Below are positions 1-9,783 of a stretch of 64,000 bases of DNA, in pieces (position 1 is the first letter of the stretch; each line of letters begins with the position of its first letter). Made by a program: the position numbers and the translations under genes. The notes beneath the pieces are model-generated. The model saw only the letters and a list, made by a program, of their open reading frames with translations. It was not told where the DNA came from and ran no database searches. Source of the stretch: a virus; IMG/VR virus record IMGVR_UViG_3300043788_000114, positions 32,001-96,000 of that record; one strand, written 5' to 3'.

Positions 1-348
1 GGGAACGCCACCATCGGCTATGGGCATAAACTGGAAGTTGGAGAGTCTTTCCCTAATCCCATTACACAAGAAGAGGCTCAGCAACTTCTCCTTGGCGATC
101 TGGCGCTTGTGGAACTCACGCTGGCTCAGTTAGTCCCTCCGAGTTGCACGCAAAGTCAGTTCGACGCTTTATGCGATTTCGGCTTCAATTTAGGCTGCGT
201 GGCCCTCAAGACAATGCTCGGGCATGGATGGGAGTTTGTTCCTCTTCAAATTCCAAGATGGGATTTTGAAAAAGTGAATGGCGTAGAGCAACAGAGTCCA
301 GCGCTTGAGGCTAGACGGCAGAGGGAAGTTGCTCTGTTTAATTCGTAG
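1..348 (+). CDS. Phage lysozyme/endolysin (GH24-like), 5' truncated by window edge
   Basis: Frame 1 reads GNATIGYGHK...ITQEEAQQLL...QFDALCDFGFNLG...LEARRQREVALF, motifs typical of P21 R/GH24 muramidases. Confidence 0.85.
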   Translation, partial: GNATIGYGHKLEVGESFPNPITQEEAQQLLLGDLALVELTLAQLVPPSCTQSQFDALCDFGFNLGCVALKTMLGHGWEFVPLQIPRWDFEKVNGVEQQSPALEARRQREVALFNS

Positions 349-356
349 GAAGAGCC

Positions 357-635
357 ATGAGCACCCCAAGACTTCATCTCGGTGGACCAAATGATGGATT
401 TGCTCGCATCGATCAGGGATTTTGCTCACTCTATCCATGTCCCGGTCGTCTCATGCTATGCGCGATGGAAACTAGAAAAGTCGAATGTCCGCAGTGGATT
501 GAGATTGAGGCCGCTAAACTTGGACGACCACCAAGCAAGGAATTGATCGAAGTGACTACCTATACCTACAAGTGCATTCATTGTGGTCATGAAGTGATGA
601 GCACCAAATTTATTGAGGATGCTCTGAAAAACTGA
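357..635 (+). CDS. Hypothetical protein, possible Zn ribbon
   Basis: 92-aa ORF in strand context; CxxC (CIHC). Confidence 0.5.
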   Translation: MSTPRLHLGGPNDGFARIDQGFCSLYPCPGRLMLCAMETRKVECPQWIEIEAAKLGRPPSKELIEVTTYTYKCIHCGHEVMSTKFIEDALKN

Positions 636-644
636 GGAATCGCT

Positions 645-827
645 ATGCCACCGGTCGAAACCTATCGCAGCGAAGAGGCGTATCGCAAAGCCAGAGCATA
701 CACGCACATTCATCACATCCCGACACATGCTACCCGCGTTTGCATTAAAGGAAAAGGGTGTCACACGGTGAAGCACCGCAAAGGGAAGAAGAAGGCGCAG
801 AAAAAGAGAGTATCGGCAAAGCGCTGA
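645..827 (+). CDS. Small highly basic protein
   Basis: GAGGA SD; K/R/H-rich, ends KKRVSAKR. Confidence 0.65.
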   Translation: MPPVETYRSEEAYRKARAYTHIHHIPTHATRVCIKGKGCHTVKHRKGKKKAQKKRVSAKR

Positions 828-966
828 TTTTCCGTGACAAGCAAGCTATTTTCGGGTATAAATTCACCATCGAGAAACGTGCCTTTCTGATCCGATCTTG
901 GGGAGGATTCAGAAAACAAGCGGCGGCTTCGGGTCAAACCGGGGCCGCCGCTTGTTGGAGGGAAGT

Positions 967-1224
967 ATGCCGAATAAGAAAAAGTCCAAGAAAAAGTGGA
1001 TCGGGCACGCCGTCAAACACAAAGGCAGCTTGACCAAGGCCGCTGAAAAGCACGGCAAGTCCGTTCCTGCTGAGGCGGAGGCGGAATCGAAATCGCCTGA
1101 CAAGAAGATCGCCGCCCGTGGCCGTCTGGCGATGCGCTTCGAGGGGAAGGCCAAGCATGGCAACATCAAAAAGGCGAAGCACCACAAGAAGCATCCTCAC
1201 AAGCGCGTGTCGGGCAAAGCATGA
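967..1224 (+). CDS. Small highly basic protein
   Basis: GGAGG SD before ATG 967; MPNKKKSKKKWIGHAVKHKGSL...HKRVSGKA. Confidence 0.7.
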   Translation: MPNKKKSKKKWIGHAVKHKGSLTKAAEKHGKSVPAEAEAESKSPDKKIAARGRLAMRFEGKAKHGNIKKAKHHKKHPHKRVSGKA

Positions 1225-1349
1225 ACGAAGTCTCATCGACGAATCTGGAGTCTGTAGGCAGGAAGAAAGTTTCGTGCGCCTGCGCTCCGAAGCGCACCGG
1301 AAAGAAGACGAAGAAGGGGCCGCGCAAGAGGATCGCAGTGAAGAGGTGA
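1221..1349 (+). CDS. 42-aa basic protein (not in ORF track)
   Basis: ATGA overlap with previous stop; MNEVSSTNLESVGRKKVSCACAPKRTGKKTKKGPRKRIAVKR. Confidence 0.6.
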   Translation: MNEVSSTNLESVGRKKVSCACAPKRTGKKTKKGPRKRIAVKR

Positions 1350-1352
1350 GAG

Positions 1353-1634
1353 ATGGCGAAGCGTAAAAAGTCCCGTGGCGCAGACATGGCAGCGCCGATG
1401 CCAACTTCCGGAAGCCGCAGGATGCATGTTGGCATCGACAGTGCAGAAAACGGATTTGTGGTTCGTGTGAGCGGCGATAGTGGCGGGAAAAATCCTACCT
1501 ACCATGAGAAAACGATGGTCGCCACATCCCCAAACCACGCGCTCCGAGTGGCCGCATCGCATCTTCGCGGCGGCGTCAAGAAGGCCCACGGCAAAAAGGG
1601 CGGCAAGAAAAAATTCGCTGCAAAGAAAATGTAA
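1353..1634 (+). CDS. Small basic protein
   Basis: GAGGTG SD; basic N- and C-termini. Confidence 0.7.
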   Translation: MAKRKKSRGADMAAPMPTSGSRRMHVGIDSAENGFVVRVSGDSGGKNPTYHEKTMVATSPNHALRVAASHLRGGVKKAHGKKGGKKKFAAKKM

Positions 1635-1642
1635 GATGACAA

Positions 1643-3148
1643 ATGGGAACATATTCTTGGCTTACGTTTCTCACCGCACGCCAGCAGCTTGCTGCGCGGC
1701 AGTACGACCCCAATAACCTCTTCTGGGCCGATGCCGAGAACGGAATTTCTATTCAGCAAGCGTTGAGGATGTTCAACGTTCTCACCTTCACGTGGAAAAC
1801 CAACTTTGCTTTCTCCTCCGCAAATCTGTGGAACTCGCTCGGGCTGATCGCCGACTCGCCCCGCCTCCGGACCATCACCGACACCTACTGCTACACGGAC
1901 ATGGAGTACAAGCTCCTCGAACCGCCAACCGGTGGAGTGTGGACGGGCACCACGCAGTTCTCGATCTCCGACCTCTCTCAGGCTCTCCAGCGGCGTAGGG
2001 ATGAAATGCTTCAGGTGTCGAACTGCAACCAGAGTTTGATGCCCAATATCCCGCTGACGCCGAACACGACAGTGACCAACCTTCCCGACACGGTGATCGA
2101 CGTCGCCCGGACCCGATATTTGCCATTACAGACGAGCACCACCGGAACCGCCTTGCAGGGCGTGAATGTGGTCAACGTTATATCGGTCACCGGGATCGCC
2201 ATCGGTCAACTTGTCGTCGGGAACGGAATACCTTATCCGACCACGGTCGCCGCAGTGGGAAGCGCCTCGATCACACTTTCGCAGTTGACGACCGGGCCAG
2301 TCTCGGGGTCGCTGGGATTCTTCACCGCGAGCACTCTCTACCGGGACGACACCATTGCGCAGGAATTCTACGAAGCACCGCTCTACCAGCAGGACCCCGG
2401 AACGCCGACAACTTTCAGCCTTTCGTCCGAGCCGCCCCTGTCGTGGGCCGTTGACATCCCGCCAGATCAGGCCGGGGTGTACGAATCGGTTGTGCTTCAG
2501 TCAGGAGCGGCCTTTGCGCCGCCCGCAAGCACGCTTATAGGCATCCCGGATGACTTCGCATGGGTTCTGGAGTGGGGAGCCCTTGCTGACCTGCTCGGGC
2601 GCGAATCTGAGGCCACAGACAGGGACCGTGCGGCATATTGCCTGCGCCGGTACCAAGACGGGCTCAACCTGCTCGTAAAGACGCCGTGGATCATGCTCGG
2701 CAAGGTGAATGGAGAGGCTGTCAATATCGATTCTATCGAGGCCACAGATCGCTACGATCCGGAGTGGGATTCAAACCCGAACGGTTTCGGTCCGGTGATC
2801 GTGACAGGAGGGATAGATTTCCTCGCCGCTCCGGTAGGCTCAGGAGTTGGCGTGACTGTACTGGGCAACGCCCCAGTCCCAGTTGCGGATGGCGACTTTG
2901 TGCAGGTGAGCCGCTCTGATTGGGACACCGTGCTTGATCTGGCGCAGTCGTTCAATGTTTTCAAGCAAGGCGGAGCGGAGTGGAAGGCCGCTCTTCAATT
3001 GGAGGCGAGAGCGATTCAGGCGTGCGCTGCTGAGAACACAAGAATCAAGTCGTATGGTTGCTTCTCCGACATCCTCGTCCAGCGTGGTCAGGTACAGGAA
3101 CGTAACCAAGAGCGATACAAAACTGCGAACGAGAAGAAGGCTCAGTAA
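1643..3148 (+). CDS. Putative virion structural protein (head-tail adaptor/tail tubular A-like, with insertion)
   Basis: 501-aa ORF, position in late module, IPDDFAWVLEWGALADLL motif resembles adaptor proteins. Confidence 0.5.
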   Translation: MGTYSWLTFLTARQQLAARQYDPNNLFWADAENGISIQQALRMFNVLTFTWKTNFAFSSANLWNSLGLIADSPRLRTITDTYCYTDMEYKLLEPPTGGVWTGTTQFSISDLSQALQRRRDEMLQVSNCNQSLMPNIPLTPNTTVTNLPDTVIDVARTRYLPLQTSTTGTALQGVNVVNVISVTGIAIGQLVVGNGIPYPTTVAAVGSASITLSQLTTGPVSGSLGFFTASTLYRDDTIAQEFYEAPLYQQDPGTPTTFSLSSEPPLSWAVDIPPDQAGVYESVVLQSGAAFAPPASTLIGIPDDFAWVLEWGALADLLGRESEATDRDRAAYCLRRYQDGLNLLVKTPWIMLGKVNGEAVNIDSIEATDRYDPEWDSNPNGFGPVIVTGGIDFLAAPVGSGVGVTVLGNAPVPVADGDFVQVSRSDWDTVLDLAQSFNVFKQGGAEWKAALQLEARAIQACAAENTRIKSYGCFSDILVQRGQVQERNQERYKTANEKKAQ

Positions 3149-6100
3149 TGGCACTAAAATTCAGAGCGCTCGACATTACGTCCCCCGTCAATCGCCTAAA
3201 AGCAGGCTTTGTCGCAATGGCCTGTAATGTTCGAGCTTATTTGGATGGCGGTTTTGCTCTCCGCAATTCGCTGACCCCGCCGTTGGTTTTAACCAACGCA
3301 GCATCGAGTCAAGTTAGCGCGGGAACTACCGGGCAAACAGGAGTAGGAGCCGCGTGGAATAACCCCGCGAATATCTTCGACACAGGAAGTGTCAATTTCA
3401 CAAATCTCCTCCTCGGAGGCGGCAACCCAACAGTATCGGAAATTCTCAATGTCACCGATCTAGGATTTGCGATCCCCGGCAGCGCGACGATTACAGGAAT
3501 CCAGTTTCAACTCCAAAGCCTTCCAGCCCTTGGCCATGGCGTCGCTATTACCTTTCAGCCAACACAAAATGGGGCGAACGCTGGAACTCCGACGACTCAA
3601 ACGCTCGGTCCCGCGCCCGGTGGACCGGTAACCATCGGTGGGCCGGGTAATCTCTTTGGATTTGCGTGGACTCCGGCGTTGATCAATGGCGCGACCGGTT
3701 TAGGGCTGAATATATCCGGAGCAGGAGGAGCCGCTCATACCTCAGCGGCTTGTGAGCTAAACTCTCTCGTCGTCACAGTGTTCTACAACACGAACATGAC
3801 GCTCATTCTGCCTGCGCCGCCGCATTCAATTCGCAGATTAAACGACTCGACTCCTAACGGACCATCGTCCGGTTACGCTCTTGTCGTTGGAGCGGGAACG
3901 GACATTTATCTCAACTCGACACAAGTTGCTTCCGGACTCTCCGGCAATCAAATTTCGCTCATTCCTTTCCGCCCGAATGCTTCCGTGCAGCCGTGGATGT
4001 ACTGGGCTGATTCGGCAGCGATGGGCAACGTCACTCTGAATACTAAATACCTCATCAATGGCAAGCCGGTGAACTTCGTTTCAAACGGCATGGGCAAGAC
4101 ACGCTCCGATGGGTTGACGTACAAAATGGGAATCGAGGAACCGCAACTCGCCCCCATTATTTCCACCGCTCCATCCAGCGTATCCGTTGGTGGTTTGTTG
4201 CAGGCAACTGACATTCCATGGACCAACTATCTCGGGCAGAACCCCGGATATAACTACGGAGAGTCGAACGGTCCACCGAATCCGGGAAGTCCAAACCCGA
4301 TAGATGGAACTCCGCCGTTTATTGTCGACGTGGCCAATGCCTCCACAGTGACAGTCACGGCCATCACTGGAACCGCGACGATCAATGGTACGTCGGCAGT
4401 ACCGACGAGTCCCGGACCAACTCCGGGATCGACAAACCCCGGTGGTTACGTGCAAGTTGGAGGAGTAGTTCCGGGAACAGTTTCCGTTGTTGTTGGTGCG
4501 TTCACGGATGGAGATGGCAATGTAGTACCTCTCGGCGTAGCGCCGCTCTACATTACATCGGTCATCGATGTGGGTGGAAACATCGGAGTGGCAATTCCCG
4601 TGCCATTTGGCGCTCAGCAGTTCCAGATTGGCATCAACTCCACGGGAAACACGTTCAATGCAAACTCGGGCTCTTTCCAGATCGAAGTTACGGTGACAAC
4701 GAATGCTCTGCCAACCGTCACATCGATTCTCGGCGACCTGACTTGCGCATATTTTGACGATTCGCCAACCTCCGGTCCAGTAGCTTCGTATATCTGGAAG
4801 AATCCGGATGATCCCGGAGGCTCGGGACCAACGCGCTCTGTCTCTGATGCGGTAGGCACAACGACAGGTGACTCCTTCATCTTCGATGCCACATTCACGG
4901 CTGGAATTCCCGGACTACCGGGAATCGGCTCGCCCACTGTACCGATGCTGTGGACAGACCTCAATCCTGATTCCGTCGCCGTAGGTTCCAATCCGATCTT
5001 TGCCGCACCACTGACGAAAACAAATCCGACGAACACACAGTTCGCCAACTTCAACTTTTGTCTTACAGGGAATATCTACTTCCCGTCTGCCGGTCTATTC
5101 ACGCTCGTCCTCACGAGCCACGATGATGTGATATGGGGAATCGGCGGCGGCGTGTCGCTGGTATCTGCCGTGGCGTCCGGCGTAGGCGAGGGTGGTGGCG
5201 TGGCAATCTCTGGATATGGCCAGACGATCACCGTGGTTGGTGGTTATCCGCTCCTTCCGAGACAAATCTACACGAGCGGATTGGGAGGAAACTACGCACA
5301 GACAACGGTAGTCGTGAGCGTTCCAGCGGCAGGCATTTACCCAATCGAACTCGACTTTGACTACTGGTTTCACTCAGGAAGAATTCTTCTGCTTGAGGGA
5401 TCGGCCACTGCTGGCGGTCCGCCGACGATCATCCCGCCTCTTCCGGCGAGCGTTAGGCAGGAGACGCAATATCGGTACGTGTACAGGTCATCGGCCACAG
5501 GAGCATTGTCGAATCCATCTCCGGAGTCAGCAGCCGAGACGGTGCCTGTCACGGCGAACACTGTCACGTCTTACTGGTCGCCCGATCCGCAGGTAGATGT
5601 TGTTGACTACTACCGCATCGATTCAGTGACATCGGATTTCACTTACGTCGCCACAGGACCTAACGACAATCTTGGACCGGGAGGAACGAATACACCGATC
5701 ACCGATTCCTTGCTGGACACTGAACTAGGATCGCAACTTCTAGAATTCGACAACTTCGAGCCATTCCCATCCATTGATCTTCCACAGAAGGGAATCTGTA
5801 ACGTCTCTGGCGGTGTCATCACATGGGTATCGGGCGGAGCTATCGGCGGAGCGTTTACAGGATTCAATATCCGCTGGCTGGGTGGAACAGTCATCCTCAT
5901 CGGCTCCCCTACGTCTCTTGCATATACACTGATCGCGCGACCAACATCGACGACGACGATCACGATTCCCGATGTTCCGGATGGAACGAATCTGGCTTAC
6001 GAGATTCCCGAACCAATTCTAGCCGCACAACCATTACCTTATGTTGACGGGCCTACGGACAATATCCCGTTTGCAAATGCAGTTGGCGATCCACTAAGAG

Positions 6101-7158
6101 GAGGAACTTTTTATTGGTCGAAGGGAAATAACCTAGACTCCGCTCCGGATACGAATCAGCAAGACATCACCGATCCGTCCGAAACTCTGAATAACTTGGC
6201 GATCACCACAGGCAAGGTGCTCTTGGGATCGATTAAGCGTTTCTGGGCCATCTTGCCCAACTTCTTCAATGCTCTGGCAACAGCTACCGGAACTTCAGGA
6301 TCAACATGGAGCACAAGGCTCACTTCAATCGACCGTGGCCTCTTTATCCCACGCTGCATCTGCGTCTCGGGCGGTGGAGGCGTGTTCTTCCGTGTCGATG
6401 ATGGGATTCATTACTCGCCATCAGGCATCTCGTCAAAGTCGATAACCGATGAAACGCTCTATCCGTTATTCCCGCATGAATCGCCCGGAGCAGGCGCTTC
6501 TTCCCCGCAGCCAATCACACGCAATGGAATCACAATCTATCCTCCAGACGATACGAAGCCGCAGCTACAGAAGATGGCATTCCAGAACGGGTATATGTAT
6601 TTTAAATATTCCGGAACGGACGGCAATCCTCACACGCTGGTATTCGATGAAGCTGCAATGGGATGGATATGGGACATAAAAAATCCGGAAGCGACATGCT
6701 ATGCGGCTAATGAGGGAGAAAGCATTCAAGGTACTCTAGTAGGATGTTTTGACGGATCGGTAAGACTTCTTTCGAGTGCTGGAACTGAGGTAGTGACGGG
6801 CACGGCTCTCACTGCCGCCATCGGCGGCGTGGGATGGAATCACATGTACGAGATCACCATCGAGTACGAATCCAAAGCAGCAGTGACATTGAGCTTCATC
6901 GCCGCCGATGTGAATAATGGAAGCTACGCCCCAAATCCTATTGTGCTTCCAGCAACAGCCGGTGGTCCGACGAAGTTCACCACGAAAGTGACTGCGAATA
7001 AGTGGCAACTACTACAGGCACAATTCCAGTCTGCCGATCCAGCGATGGCCATCTACCTAGAGGGTGTTTTCGGCAACGTAAAGGATTGGGGAACGACGGC
7101 AGGATACAGGCCGGTGAATTTCTTCATCCCTGCGGGAGGGGCCGGAGGTCAGCCATGA
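3148..7158 (+). CDS. Large tail/nozzle protein with beta-rich inserted domains (PA14-like segment)
   Basis: 1336 aa, G/T/P/V-rich; coupled TAATG start; C-terminal half resembles podovirus stabilisation/nozzle proteins. Confidence 0.55.
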   Translation: MALKFRALDITSPVNRLKAGFVAMACNVRAYLDGGFALRNSLTPPLVLTNAASSQVSAGTTGQTGVGAAWNNPANIFDTGSVNFTNLLLGGGNPTVSEILNVTDLGFAIPGSATITGIQFQLQSLPALGHGVAITFQPTQNGANAGTPTTQTLGPAPGGPVTIGGPGNLFGFAWTPALINGATGLGLNISGAGGAAHTSAACELNSLVVTVFYNTNMTLILPAPPHSIRRLNDSTPNGPSSGYALVVGAGTDIYLNSTQVASGLSGNQISLIPFRPNASVQPWMYWADSAAMGNVTLNTKYLINGKPVNFVSNGMGKTRSDGLTYKMGIEEPQLAPIISTAPSSVSVGGLLQATDIPWTNYLGQNPGYNYGESNGPPNPGSPNPIDGTPPFIVDVANASTVTVTAITGTATINGTSAVPTSPGPTPGSTNPGGYVQVGGVVPGTVSVVVGAFTDGDGNVVPLGVAPLYITSVIDVGGNIGVAIPVPFGAQQFQIGINSTGNTFNANSGSFQIEVTVTTNALPTVTSILGDLTCAYFDDSPTSGPVASYIWKNPDDPGGSGPTRSVSDAVGTTTGDSFIFDATFTAGIPGLPGIGSPTVPMLWTDLNPDSVAVGSNPIFAAPLTKTNPTNTQFANFNFCLTGNIYFPSAGLFTLVLTSHDDVIWGIGGGVSLVSAVASGVGEGGGVAISGYGQTITVVGGYPLLPRQIYTSGLGGNYAQTTVVVSVPAAGIYPIELDFDYWFHSGRILLLEGSATAGGPPTIIPPLPASVRQETQYRYVYRSSATGALSNPSPESAAETVPVTANTVTSYWSPDPQVDVVDYYRIDSVTSDFTYVATGPNDNLGPGGTNTPITDSLLDTELGSQLLEFDNFEPFPSIDLPQKGICNVSGGVITWVSGGAIGGAFTGFNIRWLGGTVILIGSPTSLAYTLIARPTSTTTITIPDVPDGTNLAYEIPEPILAAQPLPYVDGPTDNIPFANAVGDPLRGGTFYWSKGNNLDSAPDTNQQDITDPSETLNNLAITTGKVLLGSIKRFWAILPNFFNALATATGTSGSTWSTRLTSIDRGLFIPRCICVSGGGGVFFRVDDGIHYSPSGISSKSITDETLYPLFPHESPGAGASSPQPITRNGITIYPPDDTKPQLQKMAFQNGYMYFKYSGTDGNPHTLVFDEAAMGWIWDIKNPEATCYAANEGESIQGTLVGCFDGSVRLLSSAGTEVVTGTALTAAIGGVGWNHMYEITIEYESKAAVTLSFIAADVNNGSYAPNPIVLPATAGGPTKFTTKVTANKWQLLQAQFQSADPAMAIYLEGVFGNVKDWGTTAGYRPVNFFIPAGGAGGQP

Positions 7159-7318
7159 AATTTGGCAGCATCACATCGCGGCGTTGCAGGAGATGTGGCG
7201 TAGTCGGTACGTCGCAACTTCCTGACACGCCTCTGCACAGGGAGAAGAATAGTCATCGCCTCTGCGTGGGTTGCACCAACTGGCAGAGTAATAATCCGAA
7301 AAAGGGAATCAGGAATAA

Positions 7319-8188
7319 ATGAGCACGAACCCACCTAGTTTCAGGTTACCGATCAATGTGCGCGGCCTCGTGGACGATAAGGTAGCGGAGGCTATCGAGA
7401 ACCATGACGACGCAATCACCGATTTGCAGCAGGCGATCTCTCCTCTTGCCACCCAGATTACCGCTCTCAAGAGCGGAACCTCTTCATCTACCGGAACAGG
7501 GACGACGACTGTGGAGAACGTATCTACCGAGCAGATCACTAATAACTTCGTCAATAATATCGGCTTCGTCAATAACCAGACGGGTGTAACTTCCTACGCC
7601 ACTCAACAATCCGATCTCGGAAAAATAGTCGTGCTTGATGACGCGTCGGCTATCGCGGTGGCTTTGACTTCGGCTCCGGTGATCACCCTGCCGTGGTATG
7701 CCACATTCATCAACCTTGGTGCTGGGACAGCGACACTCACTCCGGTCTCCGGAACGATCAGCTATTCTGGGAATCTTGGAGCAGCATCGCTACCGCTATC
7801 TACAGGCCAATTGGCTATTGTGGGCTTCGATGGCACCAACTTCTGGGCTGCGGTAGCTGCGTTCCCTGTCGTGCCGCCACAGAACACGCCAGCCATTACC
7901 CATCAATTTCTGACTGCGTTTAATGCGATCAGTGGAGTATTCAGTCAGGCCCAACCGGCAATAGCCGATGTCTCAGGTCTCGCGGCTGCACTGGCGCTTT
8001 TGGCTCCGATTGCCAGCCCAACATTCACCGGAACGGTAACCCAGCCGGACGCACCCGTGCTCACGGCGGCGACGACGGCTACGAGCGCCACGGCTGGAGC
8101 GGCAAGCGCGCTACCAGCGACGCCAGCAGGGTATTTGGATATATCGATCAATGGAACGGTTTTCAAGGTGCCGTACTATGCGGTTTAG
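7319..8188 (+). CDS. Putative tail fibre/structural protein
   Basis: N-terminal coiled coil, A/T-rich, LAPIASPTFTG motif common in phage fibres. Confidence 0.55.
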   Translation: MSTNPPSFRLPINVRGLVDDKVAEAIENHDDAITDLQQAISPLATQITALKSGTSSSTGTGTTTVENVSTEQITNNFVNNIGFVNNQTGVTSYATQQSDLGKIVVLDDASAIAVALTSAPVITLPWYATFINLGAGTATLTPVSGTISYSGNLGAASLPLSTGQLAIVGFDGTNFWAAVAAFPVVPPQNTPAITHQFLTAFNAISGVFSQAQPAIADVSGLAAALALLAPIASPTFTGTVTQPDAPVLTAATTATSATAGAASALPATPAGYLDISINGTVFKVPYYAV

Positions 8189-8262
8189 TGTTCTTTTTAT
8201 GTGTTTTCACCATAGGGAATCGGTGTAGAATGGCGCTGTGCCGTCCGGGAGCGAGCGCCGAG

Positions 8263-9036
8263 TCAATCAAAGAGAGACGGCTGTTGGTTCCCAGATTCGT
8301 CCGTGCGTTTGTACTTTGCGAGATAGATTCTTGCCATTTTTACCCACTCCTCTATTTCCAAGATTCCGAGGCGAGTATTGCATTTTGTGCATAGCAAACC
8401 ACGACGGCATTTTTCACACCCTCTTCCAGTAGGGCAGCAACGATGATCGTGATCAATCGACATACGCTTTTTGCCACTAAACTCATATGGAATTCCGCAG
8501 AGACCGCACAGACCATTTTGCTCGGCAAATTTTGTCTCATACCACTCCTTCGTGACTCCGTAATACGAGTAATTCCTCCCTTTCGTATACTCCTTTACGT
8601 ACTCCTTGTTGGCGTCTCTCCATTCCTTGTTTTTCTTGCGATTGATCTCTGGAGGGCGCGGTTCCGCACGCCACCTCTCTGCGGCGTCGAAGGCAAAACA
8701 GTCTTTGCAGGTTGGTGCCCTTCCGTCAGCGCACCGCTTGTTCTTGTAAAAACTGTCGAGAGGTTTTTCGATCCGGCATTTCGTGCAAATCTTTGTTGTC
8801 GAGACGCCAGCGAGGATAGCCTTTTTCTCTTCAAGTGATTCGTAGTACGCGATTGTGCAGCGTTTGCACCGCGAGCAATACCCGTCGCGTGCTCGGGTAT
8901 TCTTGGTGAACTTGCTCAAAGGAAGAATCTCTTTACAAACCCTACAAATCTTCTCAGCAAAACGAGCGTCTGGGGTGTTGAATTCCGCTTGTCTTTCAAT
9001 CTCTTGGGGGTATAATGTGGCAGATGAGGGTGCCAT
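8263..9036 (-). CDS. Endonuclease VII-type HNH homing endonuclease
   Basis: Repeated CxxC fingers; QNGLCGLC...IDHDH...RGLLCTKCNTRLG; antisense to the structural operon. Confidence 0.85.
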   Translation of the reverse strand: MAPSSATLYPQEIERQAEFNTPDARFAEKICRVCKEILPLSKFTKNTRARDGYCSRCKRCTIAYYESLEEKKAILAGVSTTKICTKCRIEKPLDSFYKNKRCADGRAPTCKDCFAFDAAERWRAEPRPPEINRKKNKEWRDANKEYVKEYTKGRNYSYYGVTKEWYETKFAEQNGLCGLCGIPYEFSGKKRMSIDHDHRCCPTGRGCEKCRRGLLCTKCNTRLGILEIEEWVKMARIYLAKYKRTDESGNQQPSLFD

Positions 9037-9146
9037 GTCGCTCCTTTCAGCGATGAGGTGAGAATCGAGCAGCCACGCTCGACACCCTCAATTCTATCAC
9101 CGAGTTGCGAGGAATGCGCGTCCGGGAGCGAGCATGGAGAAAAATC

Positions 9147-9761
9147 ATGTCTTTCTTCGGGAGTCTGTTTGGGGGGCAAAATTCCACGCTTGATTCGTTA
9201 ATCCCAACCTTCGGGCAGGTTGGTGGAAATCAAGTTGGGCAAGGCCAAAAAAACCAAAGTACTGCGTCAGACTTCTGGAATTCGATTGTCGGCGGAGATG
9301 CCACGAAGACTATGCAAGCGCTGAGTCCGGAGGTGTCGGCGGAGAAGAAATCCTCTCAACTCGATACAAAAACAGCGACGGAGATGGGCAACCGCTCTGG
9401 CGGCACAAACGCATCCAACGCGGCATCCAAAGACAAAATTCATTCCGACGTCACGAATCTGATCGGGAATTTGACGAACTCATCCGCGAGCAACCTAGCA
9501 AGTCTTGGTACAAGTCAGGTCAGCACCGGCCTGAGTGCGTATGGAATGCAGGAGCAAGCGAGTCAGGAACAGCTAAGCAACTGGAGAGATTCTATCCTCG
9601 GCAAAGGAATCACTAGCGCCGCCGCATTCGCAGAATCATACGGTCTGAACAAAATACCCGGAGCTAAAAACAGTCAAAATAATAATCCCGGAGAATTCTT
9701 CAATTCGACGACATCTGGCTACCAACCCGTTTACGATGATGACGGAAATCAGATCGCCTAA
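9147..9761 (+). CDS. Putative DNA ejection/pilot protein
   Basis: MSFFGSLFGG start, G/S/Q-rich, first of the ejection-like block. Confidence 0.55.
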   Translation: MSFFGSLFGGQNSTLDSLIPTFGQVGGNQVGQGQKNQSTASDFWNSIVGGDATKTMQALSPEVSAEKKSSQLDTKTATEMGNRSGGTNASNAASKDKIHSDVTNLIGNLTNSSASNLASLGTSQVSTGLSAYGMQEQASQEQLSNWRDSILGKGITSAAAFAESYGLNKIPGAKNSQNNNPGEFFNSTTSGYQPVYDDDGNQIA

Positions 9762-9783
9762 ATCAGCGATATAGGAGACGCAC

